Assembly: GCA_021813505.1 (NCBI GenBank)
Contig: JAKAKI010000081.1
Span: forward strand, 65,409-129,408
Length of the DNA: 64,000 nucleotides
Reading direction: 5' to 3'
From: a bacterium
GTDB taxonomy: Bacteria; Zixibacteria; MSB-5A5; WJJR01
Below are positions 1-9,009 of the stretch, piece by piece (position 1 is the stretch's first letter; each line of letters begins with the position of its first letter). The notes beneath the pieces were generated by a model, which saw nothing but the letters and a program-made list of their open reading frames with translations, did no database searches and was not told the DNA's origin. A program made the translations under genes and the position numbers.

Positions 1-1035
1 CTGGCTCACAATCCCGCGAAAGGGTTCGTTGGCGCGCCGACCTCAAAGGAAATTCCGGATTTCTGCGCCAAGTGCCACTCCGATGTCGAGTTCATGAAGC
101 GGTACAACCCCAAGCTACGGGTCGACCAATTGCTGGAATACCGTTCCAGCAAGCACGGGAAGCTTCTGGAAACGGGTGACGGGAAGGTCGCCACCTGCGT
201 GTCATGCCACGGCGTTCACGGCATTCTCGCGGTCTCTGACACGCGTTCGCCGGTCTTCCGTGCCAATGCCCCCGGGACGTGCGCCAAGTGCCATGCCAAC
301 GCCGGATACATGAAGCCGTACGGCATTCCGACCAACCAGTTCGACCTGTACAAGTCTTCTGTGCATGGCATGCAGCTTCTGGAAAAGGGCGATCTCGCAG
401 CGCCGGCCTGCAACAACTGCCATGGCAACCACGGCGCAACGCCACCGGGGCTGACATCGATTGCGTTCGCTTGCGGCGAATGCCACGCCAACAATCGCGA
501 CTTCTTTAACCAAAGCCCGCATAAAGAAGCCTACACGAAGATGGGCCTGGGCGAATGCACCACCTGCCATAACCATCACGACATCGCCAAGCCGACCGAC
601 GCCATGCTGGGAGTGGGGGAGCGCGCCTTGTGTGTGCGCTGTCACAGCCAGGGCGACAAAGGATTCGAGACGGCTGCGAAGATGGCCGTCGAGTTGGATA
701 CTCTCAAACTGACGCTGAATCTGGCGCATGAACTTCTGACGCGTGCGGAGCAGGGTGGCATCAACGTCCGGCTTGGCAAGTACGACCTGCATACCGCAGA
801 TGATGCGTTGATCAAAGCGCGCACGGCAATCCACTATTTCGACTTCGACAAGTTCCATGAGGTGTCCGGAGCGGGAGTGACTGAGGCGCGGCAGGTGATC
901 ACGCAGGGTGAAGAGGCGCTCCACGATCTGCGAATTCGGCAGATTGGACTTGGCGTCTCGGTGCCGATCATCCTTTGGGTGGCACTGGCACTTTATCTGC
1001 GGATCCGGCGGATGGAACGCGAGAAACCGTTCTAG
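1..1035 (+). CDS. Membrane-anchored multiheme c-type cytochrome (5'-truncated by window edge)
   Basis: Frame 1 is open from base 1; 7 CXXCH motifs visible (CAKCH, CVSCH, CAKCH, CNNCH, CGECH, CTTCH, CVRCH), then a helical region and a C-terminal hydrophobic helix (IGLGVSVPIILWVALALYL) followed by basic residues. Confidence 0.9.
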   Translation: MAHNPAKGFVGAPTSKEIPDFCAKCHSDVEFMKRYNPKLRVDQLLEYRSSKHGKLLETGDGKVATCVSCHGVHGILAVSDTRSPVFRANAPGTCAKCHANAGYMKPYGIPTNQFDLYKSSVHGMQLLEKGDLAAPACNNCHGNHGATPPGLTSIAFACGECHANNRDFFNQSPHKEAYTKMGLGECTTCHNHHDIAKPTDAMLGVGERALCVRCHSQGDKGFETAAKMAVELDTLKLTLNLAHELLTRAEQGGINVRLGKYDLHTADDALIKARTAIHYFDFDKFHEVSGAGVTEARQVITQGEEALHDLRIRQIGLGVSVPIILWVALALYLRIRRMEREKPF

Positions 1036-1196
1036 TCAGACCAGGCATCAGTAAATTCACCATAGCAGGTTTCCAGAATTATACCGCAACGGCATTGAAT
1101 TCTTCTTGCCCCGATGGGAGCAAGTCCCCTTCCTTTGAAAAGAAAGCAGGATTGAAAAGAATGCAGGATTTGTCACCTTTTCACAAGGAGGATAAT

Positions 1197-2381
1197 GTGA
1201 TCAAAAGACTGGTGCCAATGGCGATCATAGCGCTCGCAATTGTGGGGTGCAGTGATAAGGACAATGGAGTGAAACCGCCGAGCTATGATCTCACCAAGCT
1301 CAACGCGATCAAAGTCACGACGGACCCGGTTGTGGACGGCGCCAGCTCGGATGCCATGTGGGCCGACGCGCCCGCCCTGACCGTGAGCCTCGGGGACGGG
1401 ATGGATGAAACCCCGCCGAATTGCACTTCGTGCCATTCCCGCAGCAGCGCCACGACGGTGACCTTGAAGGCCGTCCACAGCGCGACGAAGCTGACAATAT
1501 TGGCGAGCTGGCCGGATGACGATGCCAGTTTCACGCGGTCGGAATCCTGGTCGTGGACCAACGGCGCCTGGGCGAAGCCGAATGGCGATCAATCCGAGGA
1601 CCGGATTGCATTCTTTTGGCCGATCGGAGCAATCACCAGTGATGTAGCAGGGCAGTCAACCGGCGGCTGCATGACAAAGTGCCATACAACTGATGTCCAT
1701 CCGGGAAATGACTTGGAAGATGAAGCGTACCTGGCAACGGGCACGGCTGACAGCTGGCACATGAAAGCTGCACGCTTTCTTCCGGCCACTTCAGCGAGCG
1801 GCTCGGGATTGACTATTGATGCGACCACACATCAGGTGACCGGCGGAACTGTCCGCATGGCCGGCTGGATCGACGACAAATATAACGCGCAATGGAGCGA
1901 AGCCAATGCACCGGATGGCGGCCGTTATGCCGATGCGGGAGGCGGCGCTGAGTCCCGCAACCGGATCACGGACAAGTCCCGTCCGAAGTATATGGAAAAG
2001 GCCCCGACGGATTTCATGGATGCCATGATCCTGACGCAGTCGGAGATCGACGCGGGGCAGACGGCGGGTGACGCAACGACCGGGGTCAGCGATGCGGACG
2101 CCGCGCTATACTGGCCAGCTTACGCGGCATTGAAAGCGATCGTTCCGGAGAGAATCCTCAAGAACCCCGGTGGAAGCCGTGCGGATATTATCCAGGGAGG
2201 GGTCTGGGCCAGTGGCAGGTGGACGGTTGAGATGCAGCGGACTCTGACCACTACCGACGTGGAGCATGACATTCAGCTCGCCGTGGGGCAGGAATACATT
2301 TTTGGCGTGGCTACGATGGACAACGCTGGAGGTGACGAGCACAAGGCCTCTACGAAACACATTCTGAAAGTACTGGAGTAG
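1197..2381 (+). CDS. Lipoprotein, ethylbenzene-dehydrogenase-gamma (EB_dh/DOMON-like) heme-binding family, with c-heme motifs
   Basis: RBS AAGGAGG then GTG at 1197; lipobox IVGC; EB_dh-like segments (W-x-DAPALTV, TLKAVHS...LASWPD, EDRIAFFW, DSWHMK, GRWTVEMQRTL); CTSCH and CMTKCH. Confidence 0.75.
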   Translation: MIKRLVPMAIIALAIVGCSDKDNGVKPPSYDLTKLNAIKVTTDPVVDGASSDAMWADAPALTVSLGDGMDETPPNCTSCHSRSSATTVTLKAVHSATKLTILASWPDDDASFTRSESWSWTNGAWAKPNGDQSEDRIAFFWPIGAITSDVAGQSTGGCMTKCHTTDVHPGNDLEDEAYLATGTADSWHMKAARFLPATSASGSGLTIDATTHQVTGGTVRMAGWIDDKYNAQWSEANAPDGGRYADAGGGAESRNRITDKSRPKYMEKAPTDFMDAMILTQSEIDAGQTAGDATTGVSDADAALYWPAYAALKAIVPERILKNPGGSRADIIQGGVWASGRWTVEMQRTLTTTDVEHDIQLAVGQEYIFGVATMDNAGGDEHKASTKHILKVLE

Positions 2382-2472
2382 GATCTCTGAGGACTTCGGC
2401 GACGGGCACAAGGCCCCTGACCAGTCGAGTCTCGTGAGTAAGGGCCGAAGGCCTTCCGGGAAGCGGTAGATG

Positions 2473-2508
2473 AGGATGTTCGTGCGAATGCGTGAACATC
2501 CTTTTCTT
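2473..2508 (+). terminator. Intrinsic terminator candidate
   Basis: AGGATGTTC...GAACATCCT stem followed by TTTCTT. Confidence 0.55.
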
Positions 2509-2701
2509 ATGCTCGCGTTCGGCATGTCCCGAGGCAAGGACAGCCGCCTGGGATCCTGTCCTCACGAGATATAGTCTTTACAGTCAAGAATTCTGTTGCG
2601 GACGGAGCGGAGCCGGTCTACCGTATTGCCTGAGCCATCTACTGGTGGCAGGTGGCTTCAGTGCAATGGCCGGGGAACCGGCGACGCAAAGGGGGCATTG
2701 G

Positions 2702-3991
2702 ATGAGAAAGCGGCATGCGGTTCTGGCCACATTGCTAGTCTTGGGATGTGCGTCCCTGACCCAGGCAACGACGTTGTCCGGACGGGTCGGCCTGTCGGCC
2801 TATGTATGGCAGTATCAGGAGGTGGACTCCAGCAAGACCCGCCATATCCAGAACACTGGCAGTCTCAGTCTGAGATTGGGCCAGATTGGCGGTCAGGACC
2901 TGGAGATTCTGACAGCCCTGCGCGGGCGGATCGACCTGCGCAACTCTGGCGACAACCTGAGCGATTACCATGTTTACGACCTGCAGGTGCGGTGGAAGAA
3001 CATCGCCAAGTTTGCAGACTTGACCGGTGGCCGCCATCAGATCTTCTGGCCCAATGGCGCGGTGTCCATCGACGGCGGGTCGGTGAAGCTCCATCCGCGG
3101 TGCGGCGCGGAGTTGAGCGGCTATATCGGCGTCTTGGCGCCGGAGGATGGCCGGTTCCGGCTGACCACCTACGACAAGGGGCACGCCTTCGGCGCGCAGT
3201 TCGCTTATCACTCGAACTTCACCGGCGATCTGGCGGTGAGTTTCGCGCAGAAGAATGCCGCCCGCGTGTACGAGTCCGGGACACCAACACTCAGCAGTCT
3301 GGCATCGCAGACATTGGGACTCGATTGGCGCCACCCGGTGCGGGGATTCGGCCGGGTATACGCGAACGCGATTTACCAGATACCGACAGAGCGCATTGAC
3401 CGCGTGAACCTGTCGGTGCTGTGGCGGGCCAGTGATGCGTGGTCCGCCGAGGCACAGTTCCGCTATCGCCGTCCCAATCTGGCCTACAACTCGATCTTCT
3501 GGGTATTTACAGAGTCCCACTACAGCGAAGGACGGCTCAATCTCAGCTATCGCATCAATCCGTTGTGGTCGGTGAATGCGGGCGGAGTGCACGTGGACTT
3601 GGGGGACACGAAATCGGATCGCTTCGAGTTGGGCGTGGGCCACAAGTACTTCAGTGTGATGCTGAATGCCAAGACGGGGTGGTCGGGCAAGACGATCGGC
3701 GTCAGCGGTGATGCCTATTACCCGGTCAACGACAGTTGGACGGTGCGCGGCGGACTGCATGTTTCGAGCTACGAGGTGATGGAGGATTCGCCCGAGAAGA
3801 ACTCTGAGGCGTCTGTCGTCGCCGGCGGCACCTGGCATTGGATGCCGCAATCGACAATCGATGCGGATCTTCAGTACGTCACGCAGAAGATCAAAGTACC
3901 AAGCAATTATGGTGACGGCAGTAACGACCTGCGTTTCATGCTGCGGCTGTCGTGGTGGTTCTTCAACCGGCTGGGATCGAAAGTCGGATGA
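2702..3991 (+). CDS. Putative outer-membrane beta-barrel (porin) associated with a multiheme cytochrome
   Basis: Signal peptide (MRKRHAVLATLLVLGCASLTQA); alternating amphipathic beta-strand pattern rich in aromatics and Gly; aromatic C-terminal strand LRFMLRLSWWF; directly upstream of a 14-heme cytochrome. Confidence 0.7.
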   Translation: MRKRHAVLATLLVLGCASLTQATTLSGRVGLSAYVWQYQEVDSSKTRHIQNTGSLSLRLGQIGGQDLEILTALRGRIDLRNSGDNLSDYHVYDLQVRWKNIAKFADLTGGRHQIFWPNGAVSIDGGSVKLHPRCGAELSGYIGVLAPEDGRFRLTTYDKGHAFGAQFAYHSNFTGDLAVSFAQKNAARVYESGTPTLSSLASQTLGLDWRHPVRGFGRVYANAIYQIPTERIDRVNLSVLWRASDAWSAEAQFRYRRPNLAYNSIFWVFTESHYSEGRLNLSYRINPLWSVNAGGVHVDLGDTKSDRFELGVGHKYFSVMLNAKTGWSGKTIGVSGDAYYPVNDSWTVRGGLHVSSYEVMEDSPEKNSEASVVAGGTWHWMPQSTIDADLQYVTQKIKVPSNYGDGSNDLRFMLRLSWWFFNRLGSKVG

Positions 3992-4050
3992 ATCACGGGT
4001 GAGCAGATTGCAGAGGTTTATCGGATAAACCAACGACAGGGAAGGCAGAC

Positions 4051-5196
4051 ATGAGACACAGAACGATATTGCTGATGATCGGGGTGGCCGTCGCGTTGAC
4101 AGCGGCTGTCGCCAGTTCCAAATCCAAGGAGGCGGTGATCATGTTCTCACACAGCTACCATCTCACCGAGGTGGGGGCGAAGTGCGAGGATTGCCATGCG
4201 GATGCCGCCGGCGCGACGGAATCCTCGGCGAACCTGCTCCCGAAGATGGAGAGCTGTTACAAGTGCCATGATCAGCAGGGGACCGAGTGCAACGTCTGCC
4301 ACACGGAGAGCAATGTCCAGGATGGGAAATACTCGTCCTACGTGGCGCCGGCACGCGAGCTGAAGTTCTCTCACGCGTCACATGTCGGGACACAGAAACT
4401 CGATTGTCAGACCTGCCATGCCGCGATTGAAAAATCGTCGAAAGTTCCCTCCAAGGGGATTCCCGAGATGGCAGTGTGCGTTGACTGCCATCGGCAGAAG
4501 GGCATTACGGATGATTGCAGCGCCTGCCACACACAAGTCGGGTTGCGCATGCCGGCGGACCATGGGCCGGACTGGGTGTTGAATCACGAGTTTGAGGCCC
4601 GTGGCGACGCCAGGAAGTGCGAGACCTGCCATCGTCCGTCGTACTGCGAGGAATGCCACCAGGGCGCGGCACTGGGTATGTCGATTCGCAACAAGAAGGA
4701 CGCCCCGGCTGACCGTCTCGGCCCGCTGGCCCCCGCACATGATGGGAAGAGCCTCCTGATCATCCAGCGCATCCATGATCTCAACTTCCGGTACACACAC
4801 GGCGCCGATGTCAAATCGAAGACGATGGATTGCGGCACATGCCATGCGACCGCCACATTCTGCGCGGCCTGCCATAATCCCGAGAACGACCTGGGCCGTT
4901 TAAAGCCGGTGTGGCATGAAGTGGCGGGGTTTGGCGCGGCCGGCAAGCATGCCGAGATGGCGCGCAAGGATATCGAAGTGTGCGCAGCGTGCCATGATCG
5001 CGATGGCGCCGATCCGGTTTGTATGAGCTGCCACCGTTCAGCCGTGTCGCCCCACCCGAACGGATTCATGAAAGATGTGAATGGCCCGTGGCACGATGAT
5101 AACAACGCTGTTTGTTTCGTGTGTCATGATCCGGGAGGACGACATCCGGGCCAGGGGTTCTGTGGAAGGTGTCACGGGGCCAAGAGTGACGATTAG
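4051..5196 (+). CDS. Exported 14-heme c-type cytochrome (cytochrome c3/c7-like modules)
   Basis: Signal peptide; 14 CXXCH motifs counted by eye; FSH-x-x-H motifs typical of c3/c7 folds. Confidence 0.92.
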   Translation: MRHRTILLMIGVAVALTAAVASSKSKEAVIMFSHSYHLTEVGAKCEDCHADAAGATESSANLLPKMESCYKCHDQQGTECNVCHTESNVQDGKYSSYVAPARELKFSHASHVGTQKLDCQTCHAAIEKSSKVPSKGIPEMAVCVDCHRQKGITDDCSACHTQVGLRMPADHGPDWVLNHEFEARGDARKCETCHRPSYCEECHQGAALGMSIRNKKDAPADRLGPLAPAHDGKSLLIIQRIHDLNFRYTHGADVKSKTMDCGTCHATATFCAACHNPENDLGRLKPVWHEVAGFGAAGKHAEMARKDIEVCAACHDRDGADPVCMSCHRSAVSPHPNGFMKDVNGPWHDDNNAVCFVCHDPGGRHPGQGFCGRCHGAKSDD

Positions 5197-5229
5197 CAAA
5201 CCTACCGCTTAATGATCACGAAGTGTTTG

Positions 5230-5265
5230 AGGGGATCCCGGGGAATCGGGATCCCCTGCTTTTTT
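5230..5265 (+). terminator. Intrinsic terminator
   Basis: AGGGGATCCCG-gggaat-CGGGATCCCCT perfect 11-bp stem followed by a T-run. Confidence 0.8.
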
Positions 5266-5302
5266 CAATGCGCTTTCCTGTGGTCACTGGAAGGTGGAAG
5301 GT

Positions 5303-5338
5303 ATGGGAATTATGGGAAGAATGGGAGGGGATGGACGG
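5303..5338. repeat. 9-nt periodic array (ATGGGANNN)
   Basis: atgggaatt atgggaaga atgggaggg g atggacgg. Confidence 0.6.
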
Positions 5339-5368
5339 TGGAGGCTCCCACAACTCCGCCGGAGAACC

Positions 5369-6088
5369 TTATTCGGGCTGGTGGAATGTGATTTCGATGC
5401 GTCGGTTTTTGCGGCGGCCGGAGGCGGTGTTGTTGTCTGCGACGAATTTGGATTCGCCGCGGCCGATGGCTTGCAGACGCGCGGAGGAGATACCACGGGT
5501 CACGAGATAGGCTTTGATCTTGTCAGCGCGTTTTTGCGACACGATGAGATTGGCGCTGTCTTCGCCGATGTTGTCGGTGAAGCCCTCGATGATGGCGGTG
5601 ACTTTCTGTGAGTCCATTAGCCTGATGCTCAGATCATCGAGGATTGACAGCGTGTAGGGATCAGGCCGGGTCGTGCCAGGGAAGTAGGTAACGTGCAAGA
5701 CCAGGCGGCGTTGGAGCTCGGTCATTACCAGGCAACCGGTTCTGTCGACTTTGAGACCATGGGGCGTGTTGGGACAGTGGTCGGTCGAATCGCGGATGCC
5801 GTCGCCATCGGAGTCGCCGGTGTTGGCATGCGGTTCGGGTTGAGCTGGAGACGGATGCGGCTCGCTCGGGACAGAGTCGCGGATGGCGGTGACCGTGTCG
5901 GGCTGCGTTTTCATCGCATCGGTGCTTACCGGCAGGTTCTCAGTACCGCCGGGCGATTCATCGGGAATCTTGAGCGGAGATGGGATTGGCCGTGACGAAT
6001 CCGGCACGGCTAGGGGAGTCTGGGAGAAGGCCGCAGGCACGCCCAGCATCAACAACAGCACCCAGCATGCGCTAATCGTGGTCTTCAT
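5369..6088 (-). CDS. OmpA-family peptidoglycan-binding protein with thrombospondin-type Ca-binding repeat
   Basis: Signal peptide, Pro-rich linker, DSDGDGIRDSTDHCP...VDRTGC, OmpA_C motifs IEGFTD, SQKRA, NRRIE. Confidence 0.9.
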   Translation of the reverse strand: MKTTISACWVLLLMLGVPAAFSQTPLAVPDSSRPIPSPLKIPDESPGGTENLPVSTDAMKTQPDTVTAIRDSVPSEPHPSPAQPEPHANTGDSDGDGIRDSTDHCPNTPHGLKVDRTGCLVMTELQRRLVLHVTYFPGTTRPDPYTLSILDDLSIRLMDSQKVTAIIEGFTDNIGEDSANLIVSQKRADKIKAYLVTRGISSARLQAIGRGESKFVADNNTASGRRKNRRIEITFHQPE

Positions 6089-6248
6089 TACGCGCGAATG
6101 TACGGCGGCGGAGGTGGGGGGCAAGAAGTTTTGCGGAGTTGGAGAATCCGCACGCCCTTTCAGGGCATTATTGTCTCGTCTCCACTTCCCAGGCCTGGCG
6201 GACGCGTTGAAAAAGGACCATCACCCCTAACGACAGCCGAATTGCAGC

Positions 6249-6384
6249 GGGTGCCACAGACAAGGAAGACCGAGCGGCTTTATCGCTCGGGCTTCCTTGT
6301 CCGTGTCTTTCTTGGATGTACCGAAAAAGACACGGACAAGCTGGTTCTCCAAAGAACCGGAGAACCAGCTTGTCCGTGGCACCC
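6249..6384. mobile_element. Non-autonomous miniature (REPIN/MITE-like) derivative of the RAYT element at 57030-57830
   Basis: GGGTGCCAC(A)GACAA..hairpin..TTGTCCGTGTCTTT -spacer- AAAAAGACACGGACAA..hairpin..TTGTCCGTGGCACCC; the same four end motifs flank the transposase at 57030-57066 and 57770-57830. Confidence 0.75.
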
Positions 6385-6526
6385 TGAATTAGCTCCAACG
6401 ACTTCAACACACCGTGACGGCCTGGGCTGAGTTAGATGGCGTCCTCAGGGCCAGTGGACAGGATGTCAGGGAGCAACATCGCTCACCGGGACGTAGAATA
6501 CGAGAGTATTCCCGCGAGTCCTTGAA

Positions 6527-7813
6527 TCAATACACCCGTTGGATTTGGACGCCCGTGTAGTAATGCGTGAGGATGTCGCGGTAGGGCTGGCCGGCGCGAG
6601 CCCGGCCGATCATGCCGCACTGGCACATGCCGACTCCGTGGCCGTAGCCTGAGCCGGTAATGAGGGCACCGGTGATATTCTTGTGGCGGTCACGTTTCAG
6701 TTCCACTGTGAAACGGTCCGAAGGCAGGATGCTGCCAGGCCGAGAGGGACGCCCCAGCGCCCAGCGGATTTGGTCTGAATTGATCGTCCATTTTCCCTTG
6801 GGCGTGGTGACAACCATTGTCCGGATGCGGCCACCGGGAGTTTCGCCTTCAAGAGTGATGTCGGTCACCGCTTTGAAATCGGCGATCGGAGGCGGTTTGA
6901 GTTGATGGCGATAGGCGCGAAGATTCCGGAGCAAGGCTTTCTTGTCGAAAGTCTCGGACCAGGTCGAGTACTTGGACCATTGGCAAAAGGTGTCGTCGTC
7001 CACCGAGACGAGAAAGGGGCGAGCAGCCTTGGGCCAAACGTCCTCGATGTTGTCCGTACGGCCGCCGCAAGTCGAGTGATAGTAAGCGTCGATCAATTGG
7101 GTACCGTAGCTGAGCACTTCACCAGCCGTCGCGGCGACGGCCTGATCCACCCAGGCACGCGGCTGGGAGGCGCCTTCGTAAACCTGATCGCTGACGTCGG
7201 CTTCTAAGTCATAGGGCGTCTGTTCGTACTGGCCGAGATGCGCCAGGGCGTAAGTACGCGCGGCGACGGCCTGGGCCTTGACCGCCTCGATCTCCTCGGG
7301 GGCTCTCTCCCCCATCTCTGGGGCGATTACGCCGCGCAAGTAGGCATCGAGACTCAGGCGATTGGTCACGATGGCTTTGCGGTCGGGGCCAAAACCAATG
7401 AACAGGGCACCGTAGTAGGATGCCTTGCCGAGCCTAAGGCGTTGCGTGGAGTCGGTGGCCGTGATTGAGACACCGGTTAGATCGCTGGCGAGGGTGACAT
7501 TCTTTTCCCCACGGACACGGATGCGGTTTTTCGACAGAGTGAGATTGATCGGTCCTTCCGTCGAAAAGGTGTCGGTAGATTTCCCGGGGGCGAAGGTGCG
7601 GACGATATAGCGCCGGTCGCTTTGCACAGTGAATTTCTGTCCCTCTGCGCCAAGGCGGACCCGAACGAGTGGGGGGGCGATGTGATCATCATCAAAAGCC
7701 CCGACATCGTGGAGGCGGGAGGGAATGCAGCCACTCGCTGCCAGAAGAGAAACTGCCGCCGCCAGAATCAGGCGACCGGCGCGAGATGTTCTGACAACGC
7801 GTGAGATGATCAT
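6527..7813 (-). CDS. SpoIID/LytB-domain lytic transglycosylase (lipoprotein)
   Basis: YLRGVIAPEM, EAVKAQAVAARTYAL, DQVY, YHSTCGG, GYGHGVGMCQ motifs; lipobox LAASGC; ATGA overlap with anmK. Confidence 0.92.
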   Translation of the reverse strand: MIISRVVRTSRAGRLILAAAVSLLAASGCIPSRLHDVGAFDDDHIAPPLVRVRLGAEGQKFTVQSDRRYIVRTFAPGKSTDTFSTEGPINLTLSKNRIRVRGEKNVTLASDLTGVSITATDSTQRLRLGKASYYGALFIGFGPDRKAIVTNRLSLDAYLRGVIAPEMGERAPEEIEAVKAQAVAARTYALAHLGQYEQTPYDLEADVSDQVYEGASQPRAWVDQAVAATAGEVLSYGTQLIDAYYHSTCGGRTDNIEDVWPKAARPFLVSVDDDTFCQWSKYSTWSETFDKKALLRNLRAYRHQLKPPPIADFKAVTDITLEGETPGGRIRTMVVTTPKGKWTINSDQIRWALGRPSRPGSILPSDRFTVELKRDRHKNITGALITGSGYGHGVGMCQCGMIGRARAGQPYRDILTHYYTGVQIQRVY

Positions 7814-9009
7814 GGGAGTGATATCGACCCAAGGACGGCTGGGCTTGCGCCGGTGGCGCCGCCAAGATTGCCGGGCCGACTGTGCAGGGTCTCGTAGGCG
7901 AGGACAGCAAACCCCGCCGGCTCGACATATTGCGCGGGGATTCCGATGTCATCAGACAATTGAACGATCCAACCAGCCAGGCAATCAGAAAGGCGGCTCA
8001 CGAGGAAGCGATTACGGGAGCCGCCGCCGACCAGGATGAGCGAACGGGCAGGCGTGAAGGGTTCGACCCATTTCGCGACCGCACGAGAGATAGCCAGTGC
8101 CGTTACTTCGGTTGCCGTAGCCAGAAGATCAGCGGCATGCGCGCGGCCGCGGCGGTCTCCCCTGTCATCACCGAAGAACGACCTGTTGACGGCATGCGGC
8201 CCGAATTGCTCCCGCCCACAGGTCTTGGGCGGTCTTTTATGGAAATACGCGGCTGCAAGAATCCGGCGGATGAGCAATTGATCTGGTTTGCCCTGCGAGG
8301 CGATGCGCCCATTGGCATCATAGGGTCTGCCGAGGACTGTGCGCGCGATGGCATCGAGCATCATGTTGGCGGGGCCGATGTCGAATGCGAGTATCTCCAG
8401 ACGATTTCGCTTTCGCCGAGTCGCCGAGATGTTGGCGATCCCGCCGAGATTCAGGACGGCATGCTTGTCACCAAAGAGCAAGTGGTGGTAATACCCCGAG
8501 AGCGGCGCCCCCATTCCCCCGGCGGCGATGTCGGAGGAGCGGAAGTCGCCAATCGTGACGACGCCGGTACGGTGGGCAATGGCCGCGGTGGATCCAATCT
8601 GCCAGGTGGCGCGTGAGCGCGAACCGGCGGAGCGGCCGGCATCGGGAAAATGACCAATGGTCTGACCGTGAGAGGCGATCAAGTCGGGAAGCCGGCCACC
8701 GTTACGCCGGCGTACGAACTCCAAAACTCTTCCACCGATCCAATCCCCCAGCGCAAAGTGGGCGCGCGCGACCTCCTCTTTGGAAACGGAGTCGGCGTCG
8801 GCCAGGTGAGCGAGAGTTAGTCGAACCAACTTCGGGAATCGATACGAGGCGGTCTGGAGAAGGCGGATCGACTCGATCCGATCACCGCCTTTGATCTCGA
8901 CCAAGGCGAGATCAAGGCCATCCATTGAGGTACCGGTATTGATGCCGAGAACAATGCACCGTGGCTTCTGCAGCAAGCGAACGATTGGATGGCTCTTGAT
9001 CGCAATCAT
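7810..9009 (-). CDS. anmK: Anhydro-N-acetylmuramic acid kinase
   Basis: GINTGTSMDGLD, ASHGQT, DFRSSDIAAGGMGAPL, LNLGGIANI, FDIGPAN, PPKTCGREQF. Confidence 0.93.
   Translation of the reverse strand: MIAIKSHPIVRLLQKPRCIVLGINTGTSMDGLDLALVEIKGGDRIESIRLLQTASYRFPKLVRLTLAHLADADSVSKEEVARAHFALGDWIGGRVLEFVRRRNGGRLPDLIASHGQTIGHFPDAGRSAGSRSRATWQIGSTAAIAHRTGVVTIGDFRSSDIAAGGMGAPLSGYYHHLLFGDKHAVLNLGGIANISATRRKRNRLEILAFDIGPANMMLDAIARTVLGRPYDANGRIASQGKPDQLLIRRILAAAYFHKRPPKTCGREQFGPHAVNRSFFGDDRGDRRGRAHAADLLATATEVTALAISRAVAKWVEPFTPARSLILVGGGSRNRFLVSRLSDCLAGWIVQLSDDIGIPAQYVEPAGFAVLAYETLHSRPGNLGGATGASPAVLGSISLP

Noticed and set aside
6527-7813. Sporulation gene
   Set aside because: SpoIID/LytB domains are widespread in non-sporulating diderms; the context is peptidoglycan recycling
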